DNA from: Escherichia phage Ec_MI-02
Length of the DNA: 64,000 nt
Sequence record: OP856590.1
Reading direction: 5' to 3' (one strand)
The notes under the pieces were generated by a model that did no database searches, was not told the origin of the DNA, and saw only the letters and a list, made by a program, of their open reading frames with translations. Both the position numbers and the translations under genes were made by a program. Positions within the stretch are counted from its first letter, which is position 1, and every line of letters starts with the position of its first letter. Of the stretch, positions 8,662-19,607 are shown piece by piece.

Positions 8662-9386
8662 TATAGTACCTTTAGTGTATTTTTAATTTTAGAAAAAAGT
8701 TCTTCAAGAGAACCATCGTTTGTAATTACTAAATCGCCATCACGAATTGGCAATCCAGCTTCTGTAATATGTGTATCATTGGATTTTTGACCAGGACGAA
8801 CTACATGAATTACTGTAGCACCCATCGCCCTAGCCGCATCCATTTCATGATCTTGACGAGTATCAGGAACGATATAATAATCATAACCTGAGTTAAATTT
8901 ATCAAGATAATCTAAAGCAAATAATTTTACCCAATACATGCGGTCGAAGTTATTAACAATCAAATCCGTACCTAGGGCTTGCATCAGACGACGGACTGAC
9001 CATTGATCTTCAATATTATTTATAACGTCAATAATCTTGTTAAATGCTACGGAATTAACTGATTCTTGTCCTTCGTCATCAAAAACAAACACGCCTTTAA
9101 TTGGGCTTTTACTATTAAGATAGCAAAATGCTTGTTCCATAATCGTAATTACTTCTAATTTAGTCAGATTTAAATTAGTCTCACGATCATAGTCAATTCC
9201 TTCAAACTCTTTACGAGTTAAGCAAGGATAGTCAGTGTTTGCTGCAAATACGCCCCATGCATAAGCCAATGCATCTTTAATAGGACCAGCAAGTTGATAT
9301 TTAGCTGCAGAATAATTATTCATGATAAAATCTGCAGTAGTATCTTTTCCACTACGCTTTACACCACTTAAAAAGATTAGTTTCAT
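8661..9386 (-). CDS. 1: deoxynucleoside monophosphate kinase gp1
   Basis: 241 aa; P-loop GVKRSGKDT; size and position match T4 gp1. Confidence 0.9.
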
Positions 9387-9435
9387 ATGTTTCTCCTCAA
9401 ATTTAGTTAAGATTATAACACATGAAACTGAAGCA

Positions 9436-9966
9436 TTAAACTTCTGCTATAATTTTGCCATCTTTTTCTACTTGAAAATACGTATAAGGAATCGTTGCTG
9501 TGCATACTAAAGCTGGGTCTGAATCTTCCGTGTAGCTAAATTCTACTTCAGACAGGTCAGAAACCCAGGGCTTATAAAAATTTATTGACATCACGATTTC
9601 AGTTTTACTATTATCTAAAATGTAAAGCGTAATGTATTCAGGACCTGTTTTTTGGGCAGTATTTTCGCCTGTAAGATAGTTACTAGTTCCTAGCATCCAT
9701 TCATACATTCCTATCCACGACTTAAGCTCTTCATCAACTATAAATCTCACGATGAGTGGATCGTACTCAAATGTAACTCCTGGACGCTGTGCTCGGCCTA
9801 GTCCAAACGGCCCAGTCACGGTATCAGTAACAGGTATTCTAATTCCTGGAATAGGAACTGACTGAGCATTTAAAGTAAAAGCAGATGTAGTATTACTATG
9901 TGGTATTGATACTACAAAGTTAGTTGTATTTGCTTGGTTAAAAATTTGTTGCAGTGCTTGCGACAT
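9436..9966 (-). CDS. 3: tail completion / sheath stabiliser gp3
   Basis: 176 aa from the internal ATG at 9966 (MSQALQQIFNQ...), matching the T4 gp3 length; the track ORF extends 27 codons upstream. Confidence 0.85.
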   Translation of the reverse strand: MSQALQQIFNQANTTNFVVSIPHSNTTSAFTLNAQSVPIPGIRIPVTDTVTGPFGLGRAQRPGVTFEYDPLIVRFIVDEELKSWIGMYEWMLGTSNYLTGENTAQKTGPEYITLYILDNSKTEIVMSINFYKPWVSDLSEVEFSYTEDSDPALVCTATIPYTYFQVEKDGKIIAEV

Positions 9967-10072
9967 ATATTCCTCATAATGCTTTATAAATGTTGGTGGT
10001 ATAATGGGTCTAAGTCCCTTCCATTCAATTCCAATTAGAACAAACAATAGAAAAGAATGGAAGATAATAGAA

Positions 10073-10897
10073 TTAGATATTTGACCAGACTTTGTTTGCA
10101 GAGAAACGTTTTCCTTTTGAAACGAACTGCTGAAGTGGCATTAACACAACGTTCGCCCAGTCTTTCGGGGCGATTTCAACAAGGCTACCCATGATATTAC
10201 CGGGTATATATGCCTTAATCATTTGATCTGCACCCCTAAATCCTTTCACTTGACTCCAATCAATTTTTAATTTCGTTTTATTAGTAATAGTAGGTGTATT
10301 TGAATATTGCTTTAAAAGCTCTTCTAGAAATTGCTGACGAGCTTTAGGTGGAATATAGTGCAAGTTCAATCCGTACATTAAATTATGTTTACCTAAACCA
10401 AGGTAAATTATCAAAGGAAATTTATCCCAGTAAGGAAGAGTTTCCTTGTGTTTAGCATCATAAGCAAAAGCATATATTCGTCCCGGCTGCGGGCGAACAA
10501 CTTTATGTCCTTTTACTTGCTTAATAGTTTCAGCAAACCACTTTCTGGTTTTATTATTAATTGCTGCACCTTCATTACGAATTTTATCACGCAATGTTTG
10601 CCTGAATGAATTTATCATAAGCAGTTGTCTTTCTTGCTTATTGAGTTTATTCATTGGTTTTGATTCAAGCTTTTGAATCTTTTCGGCTGTTTTAATTCCT
10701 GAAGCATATTTTGACATTGCCGAAGTAAACGTAGAGTATTTGATTCCTCTTTCTTCAGCAAATTGCTTTCCTGTCATTCCTTTTGCTTTGGCCTTTTTAT
10801 ATTCAAGACCTATCTGAATCCATTTCTTTTCGTTTAATGATTGCTTAACCTTTGGAACTTGGGGAGTGCTTTCATTAATTATTTGAAAAATAGCCAT
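10073..10897 (-). CDS. 2: DNA end protector gp2
   Basis: 274 aa, same length as T4 gp2; position between 4 and 3. Confidence 0.88.
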   Translation of the reverse strand: MAIFQIINESTPQVPKVKQSLNEKKWIQIGLEYKKAKAKGMTGKQFAEERGIKYSTFTSAMSKYASGIKTAEKIQKLESKPMNKLNKQERQLLMINSFRQTLRDKIRNEGAAINNKTRKWFAETIKQVKGHKVVRPQPGRIYAFAYDAKHKETLPYWDKFPLIIYLGLGKHNLMYGLNLHYIPPKARQQFLEELLKQYSNTPTITNKTKLKIDWSQVKGFRGADQMIKAYIPGNIMGSLVEIAPKDWANVVLMPLQQFVSKGKRFSANKVWSNI

Positions 10898-11349
10898 TAT
10901 GCCCCCTTAAAGCCAAGAGCTCGTAATCCATCTTCTGTTAGAATTCTAAATTTTATTCCACGCTTTTCAGCTAAAGCTTGCGCTGCTTTCCATTTGTCAG
11001 TATTAACGGAATATGTATAAATTTCATTCATAAATCTTTTCTTCGCTGCAGTTGTTAGATGTGCTGGTTTAACTGGTGGTTGTGTTTCTTTTTTAGGTTT
11101 TATTTCAATAAAAAATTCTTGTCCAGAAGAATCTTTCATCCAAATATCCATGAAGTATCTACGTTTTTTCCCTTCTGCATTACAAAAATAAGGAATTACT
11201 GCTGTTTCACTACCCCATGCAATAATTTCTGGATTTTTATCTAACCATTCAAAAAAGAATTTTTCCCAATTTGATCTATACGTAATTTTTTTAGGGTCAC
11301 CTCTATATTTTGATATATTTTTAGGAACCCATTTTCCAGAATATGCCAT
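10897..11349 (-). CDS. 4: head completion protein gp4
   Basis: 150 aa, same length as T4 gp4; stop overlaps the gene 2 start. Confidence 0.88.
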   Translation of the reverse strand: MAYSGKWVPKNISKYRGDPKKITYRSNWEKFFFEWLDKNPEIIAWGSETAVIPYFCNAEGKKRRYFMDIWMKDSSGQEFFIEIKPKKETQPPVKPAHLTTAAKKRFMNEIYTYSVNTDKWKAAQALAEKRGIKFRILTEDGLRALGFKGA

Positions 11350-11360
11350 TGGATTCTCCT

Positions 11361-11368
11361 TATAAATA
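11361..11368 (+). promoter_or_regulatory. T4 late promoter TATAAATA for gene 53
   Basis: Exact TATAAATA 29 nt upstream of the gene 53 ATG. Confidence 0.65.
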
Positions 11369-11375
11369 GATAATA

Positions 11376-11383
11376 TATTTATA
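11376..11383 (-). promoter_or_regulatory. T4 late promoter TATAAATA for genes 4-2-3 (divergent)
   Basis: Exact TATAAATA on minus strand 26 nt upstream of the gene 4 ATG; partly interleaved with the plus-strand promoter. Confidence 0.6.
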
Positions 11384-11396
11384 AACAGGAGGGCCC

Positions 11397-11987
11397 ATGC
11401 TCTTTACATTTTTTGATCCGATTGAATATGCGGCCAAAACGGTGAATAAAAACGCGCCGACTATTCCTATGACAGATATTTTTAGAAACTATAAAGACTA
11501 TTTCAAACGTGCTCTTGCGGGATACCGCTTACGTACTTATTATATTAAAGGTTCACCACGCCCGGAAGAATTAGCAAATGCTATATATGGAAATCCGCAG
11601 CTGTATTGGGTTTTATTGATGTGTAATGATAATTATGATCCGTATTATGGATGGATTACTTCGCAAGAAGCTGCTTATCAAGCATCTATACAAAAATACA
11701 AAAACGTAGGTGGAGACCAAATAGTATATCATGTGAATGAAAACGGTGAAAAATTTTATAATTTAGTATCATATGATGATAATCCATATGTTTGGTATGA
11801 TAAAGGCGATAAAGCTAGAAAATATCCTCAATATGAAGGAGCACTTGCTGCGGTCGATACGTATGAAGCTGCTGTTCTTGAAAATGAAAAACTTCGTCAA
11901 ATAAAAATAATAGCAAAATCAGACATCAATTCATTTATGAACGACCTTATACGTATAATGGAGAAATCTTATGGAAATGATAAGTAA
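11397..11987 (+). CDS. 53: baseplate wedge protein gp53
   Basis: 196 aa, same length as T4 gp53; immediately precedes gene 5. Confidence 0.88.
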   Translation: MLFTFFDPIEYAAKTVNKNAPTIPMTDIFRNYKDYFKRALAGYRLRTYYIKGSPRPEELANAIYGNPQLYWVLLMCNDNYDPYYGWITSQEAAYQASIQKYKNVGGDQIVYHVNENGEKFYNLVSYDDNPYVWYDKGDKARKYPQYEGALAAVDTYEAAVLENEKLRQIKIIAKSDINSFMNDLIRIMEKSYGNDK

Positions 11988-13698
11988 TAACCTTAATTGG
12001 TTTGTTGGTGTTGTTGAAGATAGAATGGACCCATTAAAATTAGGTCGTGTTCGTGTTCGTGTGGTTGGTCTGCATCCACCTCAAAGAGCACAAGGCGACG
12101 TAATGGGTATTCCAACTGATAAATTACCATGGATGTCAGTTATTCAACCTATAACTTCTGCAGCAATGTCTGGAATTGGAGGCTCCGTTACTGGTCCAGT
12201 AGAAGGAACTAGAGTCTATGGTCATTTTTTAGACAAATGGAAAACTAACGGAATTGTCCTTGGCACGTATGGTGGAATAGTTCGCGAAAAGCCTAATAGA
12301 CTCGAAGGATTTTCTGATCCGACTGGACAGTATCCTAGACGTCTAGGAAATGATACTAATGTATTAAACCAAGGCGGAGAAGTAGGATATGATTCGTCTT
12401 CTAATATTATCCAAGATAGTAATCTAGACACTGCGATAAATCCAGATGATAGACCGCTATCAGAGATTCCAACTGATGATAATCCAAATATGTCAATGGC
12501 TGAAATGCTTCGCCGTGATGAAGGATTAAGACTAAAAGTTTATTGGGATACTGAAGGATATCCGACAATTGGCATTGGTCATTTTATCATGAAGCAGCCA
12601 GTTCGTGATATGACTCAAATTAATAAAGTTTTATCAAAACAAGTTGGTCGTGAAATTACCGGAAATCCAGGTTCTATTACAATGGAAGAAGCGGTAACTT
12701 TATTTGAACGTGATTTGGCTGATATGCAACGTGACATTAAATCACATTCTAAAGTTGGCCCAGTTTGGCAAGCAGTTAATCGTTCTCGTCAAATGGCATT
12801 AGAAAATATGGCATTTCAGATGGGTGTTGGCGGTGTAGCTAAATTTAACACAATGTTAACTGCTATGTTAGCCGGAGATTGGGAAAAAGCATATAAAGCT
12901 GGTCGTGATTCATTGTGGTATCAACAAACAAAAGGCCGTGCATCTCGTGTTACCATGATTATTCTTACAGGTAATTTGGAATCATACGGTATTGAAGTGA
13001 AAACACCGGCTAGGTCTTTGTCAGCAATGGCTGCTACTGTAGCAAAGTCTTCTGACCCAGCTGATCCTCCTATTCCGAATGATTCGAGAATTTTATTTAA
13101 AGAACCTGTTTCTTCATATAAAGGCGAATATCCGTATGTTCACACAATGGAAACTGAAAGCGGTCATATTCAGGAATTTGATGATACCCCTGGGCAAGAA
13201 CGATATAGATTAGTTCATCCGACTGGAACGTATGAGGAAGTATCACCGTCAGGAAGAAGAACAAGAAAAACTGTTGATAATTTGTATGATATAACAAATG
13301 CTGATGGTAATTTTTTGGTAGCCGGCGATAAAAAGACTAACGTCGGTGGATCAGAAATTTATTACAACATGGATAATCGTCTCCACCAAATAGATGGAAG
13401 CAATACAATATTTGTGCGTGGCGATGAAACTAAGACGGTTGAAGGTAATGGAACTATCCTAGTTAAAGGTAATGTTACTATTGTAGTTGAAGGTAATGCT
13501 GACATTACAGTTAAAGGAGATGCTACCACTTTAGTTGAAGGAAATCAGACTAATACAGTAAATGGAAATCTTTCTTGGAAAGTTGCTGGGACAGTTGATT
13601 GGGACGTTGGTGGTGATTGGACAGAAAAAATGGCATCTATGAGTTCTATTTCATCTGGTCAATACACAATTGATGGATCGAGGATTGACATTGGCTAA
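11971..13698 (+). CDS. 5: baseplate hub subunit and tail lysozyme gp5
   Basis: 575 aa; lysozyme domain LRLKVYWDTEGYPTIGIGH paralogous to the e product; C-terminal VxGxxxxx beta-helix repeats (VEGNGTILVKGNVTIVVEGNADITVKGDATTLVEGN). Confidence 0.95.
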   Translation: MEMISNNLNWFVGVVEDRMDPLKLGRVRVRVVGLHPPQRAQGDVMGIPTDKLPWMSVIQPITSAAMSGIGGSVTGPVEGTRVYGHFLDKWKTNGIVLGTYGGIVREKPNRLEGFSDPTGQYPRRLGNDTNVLNQGGEVGYDSSSNIIQDSNLDTAINPDDRPLSEIPTDDNPNMSMAEMLRRDEGLRLKVYWDTEGYPTIGIGHFIMKQPVRDMTQINKVLSKQVGREITGNPGSITMEEAVTLFERDLADMQRDIKSHSKVGPVWQAVNRSRQMALENMAFQMGVGGVAKFNTMLTAMLAGDWEKAYKAGRDSLWYQQTKGRASRVTMIILTGNLESYGIEVKTPARSLSAMAATVAKSSDPADPPIPNDSRILFKEPVSSYKGEYPYVHTMETESGHIQEFDDTPGQERYRLVHPTGTYEEVSPSGRRTRKTVDNLYDITNADGNFLVAGDKKTNVGGSEIYYNMDNRLHQIDGSNTIFVRGDETKTVEGNGTILVKGNVTIVVEGNADITVKGDATTLVEGNQTNTVNGNLSWKVAGTVDWDVGGDWTEKMASMSSISSGQYTIDGSRIDIG

Positions 13699-13708
13699 TA
13701 TACTTCCA

Positions 13709-14227
13709 ATGAGCGCTGATTTAGGAGAATCCATGGAAGGTTCTTCTATCGACGTCACCTTTACCGCTCAATTAGAAACAGGTGAAACGTTAGTATCTAT
13801 AAATATAACTAGTTACGAAGAAACTCCTGGGGTTTTAGTAGAAGAAAATCGTTTATATGGAACGTATGAATCTGTGTTTGGATTTGGAAATGATGCGTTG
13901 AAATATCGTTTAGATAATGAATTTAAAACTGCTGCTTCATGGGAAGACCTTCCAACTGATTCTAATACCCAATTGTATTTATGGAAAGCTCCTCAGAACC
14001 TCCAGAAGACATTCACTTACGAAGTAACATTAATATATGACTACCAAGAACAAAGTGAATCTGGAGGTTCTGGTAGTAATTCTAAGTCATCTTCTGATAC
14101 TACTGAACCAACTAATCCTCCAGCTCCAATAAGAAAAACTCTTGTTAAAAATTATACAAAAACTATAGTTGGAAATTGGAGTCGTTGGGCTAATAAATTG
14201 AGAAGCTACGTGTATGAGAGGCCATAA
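13709..14227 (+). CDS. 5.1: hypothetical protein 5.1 (start ambiguous: ATG 13709 or 13673)
   Basis: ORF between 5 and 5.4; the track start at 13670 is TTG; S/T/G-rich C-terminal stretch. Confidence 0.6.
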   Translation: MSADLGESMEGSSIDVTFTAQLETGETLVSINITSYEETPGVLVEENRLYGTYESVFGFGNDALKYRLDNEFKTAASWEDLPTDSNTQLYLWKAPQNLQKTFTYEVTLIYDYQEQSESGGSGSNSKSSSDTTEPTNPPAPIRKTLVKNYTKTIVGNWSRWANKLRSYVYERP

Positions 14228-14521
14228 ATGTCAGGATTAAGTTACGATAAGTGTGTTACTGCCGGCCATGAAGCATGGCCTCCAACAGTTGTGAATGCTA
14301 CACAAAGTAAAGTATTCACTGGAGGAATTGCTGTTCTCGTAGCAGACGATCCAATTACAGAACATACAGAAATTAAAAAGCCATATGAAACACATGGCGG
14401 AGTGACACAACCTAGAACTTCTAAGGTATATGTCACTGGAAAGAAAGCTGTTCAAATGGCTGATCCAATATCATGTGGTGATACTGTGGCTCAGGCATCA
14501 TCTAAAGTATTCATTAAATAG
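14228..14521 (+). CDS. 5.4: baseplate spike tip protein gp5.4 (PAAR-like)
   Basis: 97 aa, same length as T4 gp5.4; small Cys/His-containing protein directly after gene 5. Confidence 0.85.
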   Translation: MSGLSYDKCVTAGHEAWPPTVVNATQSKVFTGGIAVLVADDPITEHTEIKKPYETHGGVTQPRTSKVYVTGKKAVQMADPISCGDTVAQASSKVFIK

Positions 14522-14529
14522 GATTTAAA

Positions 14530-16512
14530 ATGGCAAATACCCCTGTAAATTATCAATTAACAAGAACAGCAAATGCTATTCCCGAGATATTCGTCGGGGG
14601 TACATTTGCTGAAATAAAACAAAACCTCATTGAATGGCTTAATGGCCAAAATGAATTTTTGGATTATGATTTTGAAGGCTCAAGATTAAACGTTCTGTGC
14701 GACCTTTTGGCTTATAATACATTATACATTCAGCAGTTTGGTAATGCTGCCTTGTACGAAAGCTTTATGCGTACTGCTAATTTGCGTAGTTCAGTAGTTC
14801 AAGCTGCACAAGATAATGGATATTTACCTACTTCAAAATCAGCTGCTCAAACTGAAATTATGCTAACTTGTACAGACGCATTGAATAGAAATTACATTAC
14901 TATTCCTCGTGGTACTCGCTTTTTAGCATATGCAAAAGATACTTCCGTTAATCCTTACAACTTTGTATCTACCGAAGATGTTATTGCTATTCGCGATAAA
15001 AATAACCAATATTTTCCGCGTTTAAAATTAGCCCAGGGACGTATAGTAAGAACTGAAATCATTTACGATAAATTAACACCTATTATCATTTATGACAAAA
15101 ATATAGATAGAAACCAAGTTAAACTATACGTTGATGGAGCAGAATGGATTAACTGGACAAGAAAGTCAATGGTTCATGCTGGTTCTACATCGACAATTTA
15201 CTACATGCGTGAAACTATTGATGGAAATACTGAGTTTTATTTTGGTGAAGGTGAGATTTCTGTTAATGCGGCAGAAGGAGCATTGACTGCTAATTATATT
15301 GGAGGTCTTAAACCTACTCAGAACTCTACGATTGTTATTGAGTACATCAGTACTAACGGTGCGGATGCGAATGGCGCAGTCGGATTTTCATATGCAGATA
15401 CATTAACAAATATAACTGTCATCAATATTAATGAAAATCCAAACGATGACCCAGATTTTGTTGGGGCAGATGGCGGCGGCGATCCAGAAGATATTGAACG
15501 TATTCGCGAATTGGGTACTATTAAACGTGAAACCCAGCAACGCTGTGTAACTGCGACTGACTATGATACATTCGTTTCAGAGAGATTTGGTTCTATTATT
15601 CAAGCAGTTCAGACGTTCACTGATTCTACTAAACCTGGTTATGCATTTATTGCTGCTAAACCTAAATCAGGTCTGTATTTAACTACTGTACAGCGCGAAG
15701 ATATTAAAAATTATCTCAAAGACTATAATTTAGCTCCTATTACGCCATCAATTATTTCTCCTAATTATCTTTTTATTAAGACTAATTTAAAAGTCACATA
15801 TGCTTTAAATAAGCTGCAAGAATCAGAACAGTGGCTCGAAGGTCAAATAATTGATAAAATTGATCGTTATTATACCGAAGATGTAGAAATTTTTAACTCA
15901 TCTTTCGCTAAATCTAAGATGTTGACATATGTAGATGATGCAGATCATTCTATCATTGGCTCATCCGCGACTATTCAAATTGTTCGTGAAGTACAAAACT
16001 TCTATAAAACGCCTGAAGCAGGTATTAAATACAATAATCAAATAAAAGATCGTTCTATGGAATCTAATACGTTTTCATTTAATTCTGGACGAAAGGTTGT
16101 AAATCCTGATACTGGTTTAGAAGAAGATGTATTATATGACGTTCGCATAGTATCAACAGACCGAGATTCTAAAGGAATTGGTAAAGTTATTATTGGTCCA
16201 TTTGCTTCTGGCGATGTTACAGAAAATGAAAACATTCAGCCATATTCAGGCAACGATTTTAACAAATTAGCAAATTCTGATGGACGCGACAAATACTATG
16301 TTATCGGTGAAATAAATTATCCAGCTGATGTGATTTATTGGAATATCGCTAAAATTAATTTAACATCCGAAAAATTTGAAGTTCAGACTATTGAATTATA
16401 TTCTGACCCAACCGATGATGTTATCTTTACTCGCGATGGTTCACTGATTGTATTTGAAAATGACTTACGTCCACAATACTTAACTATCGATTTGGAGCCT
16501 ATATCACAATGA
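14530..16512 (+). CDS. 6: baseplate wedge protein gp6
   Basis: 660 aa, same length as T4 gp6; synteny 5-6-7. Confidence 0.93.
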   Translation: MANTPVNYQLTRTANAIPEIFVGGTFAEIKQNLIEWLNGQNEFLDYDFEGSRLNVLCDLLAYNTLYIQQFGNAALYESFMRTANLRSSVVQAAQDNGYLPTSKSAAQTEIMLTCTDALNRNYITIPRGTRFLAYAKDTSVNPYNFVSTEDVIAIRDKNNQYFPRLKLAQGRIVRTEIIYDKLTPIIIYDKNIDRNQVKLYVDGAEWINWTRKSMVHAGSTSTIYYMRETIDGNTEFYFGEGEISVNAAEGALTANYIGGLKPTQNSTIVIEYISTNGADANGAVGFSYADTLTNITVININENPNDDPDFVGADGGGDPEDIERIRELGTIKRETQQRCVTATDYDTFVSERFGSIIQAVQTFTDSTKPGYAFIAAKPKSGLYLTTVQREDIKNYLKDYNLAPITPSIISPNYLFIKTNLKVTYALNKLQESEQWLEGQIIDKIDRYYTEDVEIFNSSFAKSKMLTYVDDADHSIIGSSATIQIVREVQNFYKTPEAGIKYNNQIKDRSMESNTFSFNSGRKVVNPDTGLEEDVLYDVRIVSTDRDSKGIGKVIIGPFASGDVTENENIQPYSGNDFNKLANSDGRDKYYVIGEINYPADVIYWNIAKINLTSEKFEVQTIELYSDPTDDVIFTRDGSLIVFENDLRPQYLTIDLEPISQ

Positions 16513-19500
16513 CAGTAAAAGCACCTTCAGTCACTAGTCTCAGAATTTCCAAGTTATCCGCAAATCAGGTGCAAGTACGCTGGGATGACGTTGGTGCTAA
16601 TTTCTACTATTTTGTAGAAATCGCTGAGACAAAAACAGACTCGGGGGAAAATCTCCCGAGTGATCAATACCGTTGGATTAACTTAGGATATACTGCAAAT
16701 AACAGTTTCTTTTTTGATGATGCTGACCCATTGACATCATATGTTATTAGAGTAGCTACAGCTGCACAAGATTTTGAGCAGTCTGATTGGATTTATACAG
16801 AAGAGTTTGAAACTTTTGCTACAAATGCTTATACATTTCAAAACATGATTGAAATGCAATTAGCCAATAAATTCATTCAGGAAAAATTTACTCTTAATAA
16901 TTCTAACTATGTTAATTTTAATAATGACACTATAATGGCTGCATTGATGAATGAATCGTTCCAATTCAGCCCATCATACGTTGATGTTTCATCAATAAGT
17001 AATTTTATTATTGGTGAAAATGAGTATCATGAAATACAAGGTTCTATTCAGCAAGTATGTAAGGATATTAACCGAGTTTATTTGATGGAATCAGAAGGGA
17101 TTTTATATCTTTTTGAGCGCTATCAGCCTGTAGTTAAAGTATCCAATGATAAAGGACAAACCTGGAAAGCTGTAAAGCTCTTCAATGACCGCGTAGGATA
17201 TCCTTTATCTAAGACGGTATATTACCAATCTGCGAACACAACATACGTTCTAGGATACGACAAGATTTTCTATGGCCGCAAATCTACTGATGTCAGATGG
17301 TCAGCTGACGATGTCAGATTTAGTTCGCAGGATATAACATTCGCTAAACTTGGCGACCAATTACATTTAGGATTTGATGTAGAAATTTTTGCCACTTACG
17401 CGACTTTACCAGCGAATGTATATCGCATTGCAGAAGCTATTACTTGCACCGATGATTACATTTACGTTGTTGCCAGAGACAAAGTTAGATACATAAAAAC
17501 GAGTAATGCACCTATAGATTCTGATCCATTATCTCCAACATATTCGGAAAGGCTTTTTGAACCTGATACAATGACTATAACCGGAAATCCTAAAGCAGTA
17601 TGCTATAAAATGGATTCTATTGGTGATAAAGTTTTTGCTCTTATTATCGGTGAAGTTGAAACATTAAATGCTAATCCTAGAACATCAAAAATAATTGATT
17701 CTGCTGATAAAGGAATATATGTTTTAAATCACGACACAAAAACATGGAAAAGAGTTTTTGGCAACACTGAAGAAGAAAGAAGACGTATTCAACCAGGGTA
17801 TGCGAATATGTCAACTGATGGTAAATTAGTTTCTCTATCTTCGAGTAATTTTAAATTTTTAAATGATAACGTTGTTAATGACCCCGAAACTGCAGCAAAA
17901 TACCAGTTAATCGGTGCTGTTAAATATGAATTTCCTCGTGAATGGCTAGCCGATAAGCATTATCATATGATGGCATTTATAGCAGATGAAAAGTCTGATT
18001 GGGAAACTTTTACGCCTCAGCCGATGAAATACTATGCAGAACCATTCTTTAACTGGTCTAAAAAATCTAACACACGGTGTTGGATAAACAACTCTGATAG
18101 AGCTGTAGTAGTTTATGCTGATTTAAAATACACCAAAGTTATTGAAAATTTTCCAGAAACATCTCCAGATAGATTAGTTCATGAATACTGGGATGACGGC
18201 GATTGCACTATAGTAATGCCAAATGTTAAATTCACTGGATTTAAAAAATATGCATCTGGGATGCTTTTCTATAAATCCTCCGGCGAAATAATTTCTTACT
18301 ATGATTTTAACTATCGTGTTAGAGACACTGTCGAAATTATTTGGAAGCCAACTGGAGTATTTTTAAAAGCATTTTTACAAAACCAAGAGCATGAAACTCC
18401 TTGGTCGCCTGAAGAAGAGCATGGATTAGCTGACCCTGATTTAAGACCATTGATTGGCACAATGATGCCTGATTCTTATTTGTTACAGGATTCGAATTTT
18501 GAGGCATTTTGCGAAGCATATATTCAATATCTTTCTGATGGATATGGAACTCAGTATAACAATTTACGAAATTTAATTCGTAACAAATATCCGCGAGAAG
18601 AGCATGCGTGGGAGTATTTGTGGTCAGAGATATATAAAAGAAACATTTATTTAAATGCTGACAAACGTGATGCCGTTGCAAGATTTTTCGAATCACGCAG
18701 CTATGATTTTTATTCTACTAAAGGAATTGAAGCATCATACAAATTTCTTTTTAAAGTTCTTTATAATGAAGAAGTTGAAATTGAAATTGAATCTGGGGCT
18801 GGTACTGAATATGATATAATCGTTCAATCTGATTCTTTGACTGAAGACTTAGTAGGACAAACGATTTATACAGCTACAGGAAGATGTAATGTTACTTATA
18901 TAGAAAGAAGCTATTCTAATGGTAAATTGCAATGGACCGTAACTATTCATAATCTTTTAGGAAGATTAATTGCCGGTCAAGAAGTTAAAGCAGAAAGACT
19001 TCCGAGTTTTGAAGGCGAAATTATTCGTGGGGTTAAAGGAAAGGATTTGCTTCAAAATAATATAGACTATATTAATAGAAGTCGATCATATTATGTAATG
19101 AAAATTAAATCCAATTTACCTTCTTCTCGCTGGAAATCTGACGTTATTCGTTTTGTTCATCCAGTAGGATTTGGATTTATAGCAATTACCCTTTTAACTA
19201 TGTTTATTAATGTTGGCTTAACTCTTAAACACACAGAGACTATAATTAATAAATACAAAAACTATAAATGGGATTCTGGATTGCCTACTGAATATGCTGA
19301 TAGAGTAGCTAAATTGACTCCGACTGGTGAAATTGAGCATGATTCGGTAACAGGCGAAGCAATTTATGAACCTGGCCCAATGGCTGGTGTAGAATATCCT
19401 CTTCCTGATGACTATAATGCTGAAAATAACAATTCAATATTTCAAGGTCAATTGCCGTCTGAACGACGCAAATTAATGAGTCCTCTATTTGACGCATCTG

Positions 19501-19607
19501 GAACAACATTTGCACAATTTAGAGATTTAGTTAATAAACGTCTAAAAGATAATATAGGAAATCCAAGAGACCCTGAAAATCCAACACAGGTTAAAATAGA
19601 TGAATGA
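16509..19607 (+). CDS. 7: baseplate wedge initiator gp7
   Basis: 1032 aa, same length as T4 gp7; ATGA overlap with the gene 6 stop. Confidence 0.93.
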   Translation: MTVKAPSVTSLRISKLSANQVQVRWDDVGANFYYFVEIAETKTDSGENLPSDQYRWINLGYTANNSFFFDDADPLTSYVIRVATAAQDFEQSDWIYTEEFETFATNAYTFQNMIEMQLANKFIQEKFTLNNSNYVNFNNDTIMAALMNESFQFSPSYVDVSSISNFIIGENEYHEIQGSIQQVCKDINRVYLMESEGILYLFERYQPVVKVSNDKGQTWKAVKLFNDRVGYPLSKTVYYQSANTTYVLGYDKIFYGRKSTDVRWSADDVRFSSQDITFAKLGDQLHLGFDVEIFATYATLPANVYRIAEAITCTDDYIYVVARDKVRYIKTSNAPIDSDPLSPTYSERLFEPDTMTITGNPKAVCYKMDSIGDKVFALIIGEVETLNANPRTSKIIDSADKGIYVLNHDTKTWKRVFGNTEEERRRIQPGYANMSTDGKLVSLSSSNFKFLNDNVVNDPETAAKYQLIGAVKYEFPREWLADKHYHMMAFIADEKSDWETFTPQPMKYYAEPFFNWSKKSNTRCWINNSDRAVVVYADLKYTKVIENFPETSPDRLVHEYWDDGDCTIVMPNVKFTGFKKYASGMLFYKSSGEIISYYDFNYRVRDTVEIIWKPTGVFLKAFLQNQEHETPWSPEEEHGLADPDLRPLIGTMMPDSYLLQDSNFEAFCEAYIQYLSDGYGTQYNNLRNLIRNKYPREEHAWEYLWSEIYKRNIYLNADKRDAVARFFESRSYDFYSTKGIEASYKFLFKVLYNEEVEIEIESGAGTEYDIIVQSDSLTEDLVGQTIYTATGRCNVTYIERSYSNGKLQWTVTIHNLLGRLIAGQEVKAERLPSFEGEIIRGVKGKDLLQNNIDYINRSRSYYVMKIKSNLPSSRWKSDVIRFVHPVGFGFIAITLLTMFINVGLTLKHTETIINKYKNYKWDSGLPTEYADRVAKLTPTGEIEHDSVTGEAIYEPGPMAGVEYPLPDDYNAENNNSIFQGQLPSERRKLMSPLFDASGTTFAQFRDLVNKRLKDNIGNPRDPENPTQVKIDE

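Noticed and set aside
13670-13708. Track start at 13670 for the 5.1 ORF, and similarly 34616 (gene 20) and 46322 (uvsW.1)
   Set aside because: These track starts are TTG codons; in-frame ATGs that match T4 protein lengths (34628, 46334) or avoid overlap (13709) were preferred.
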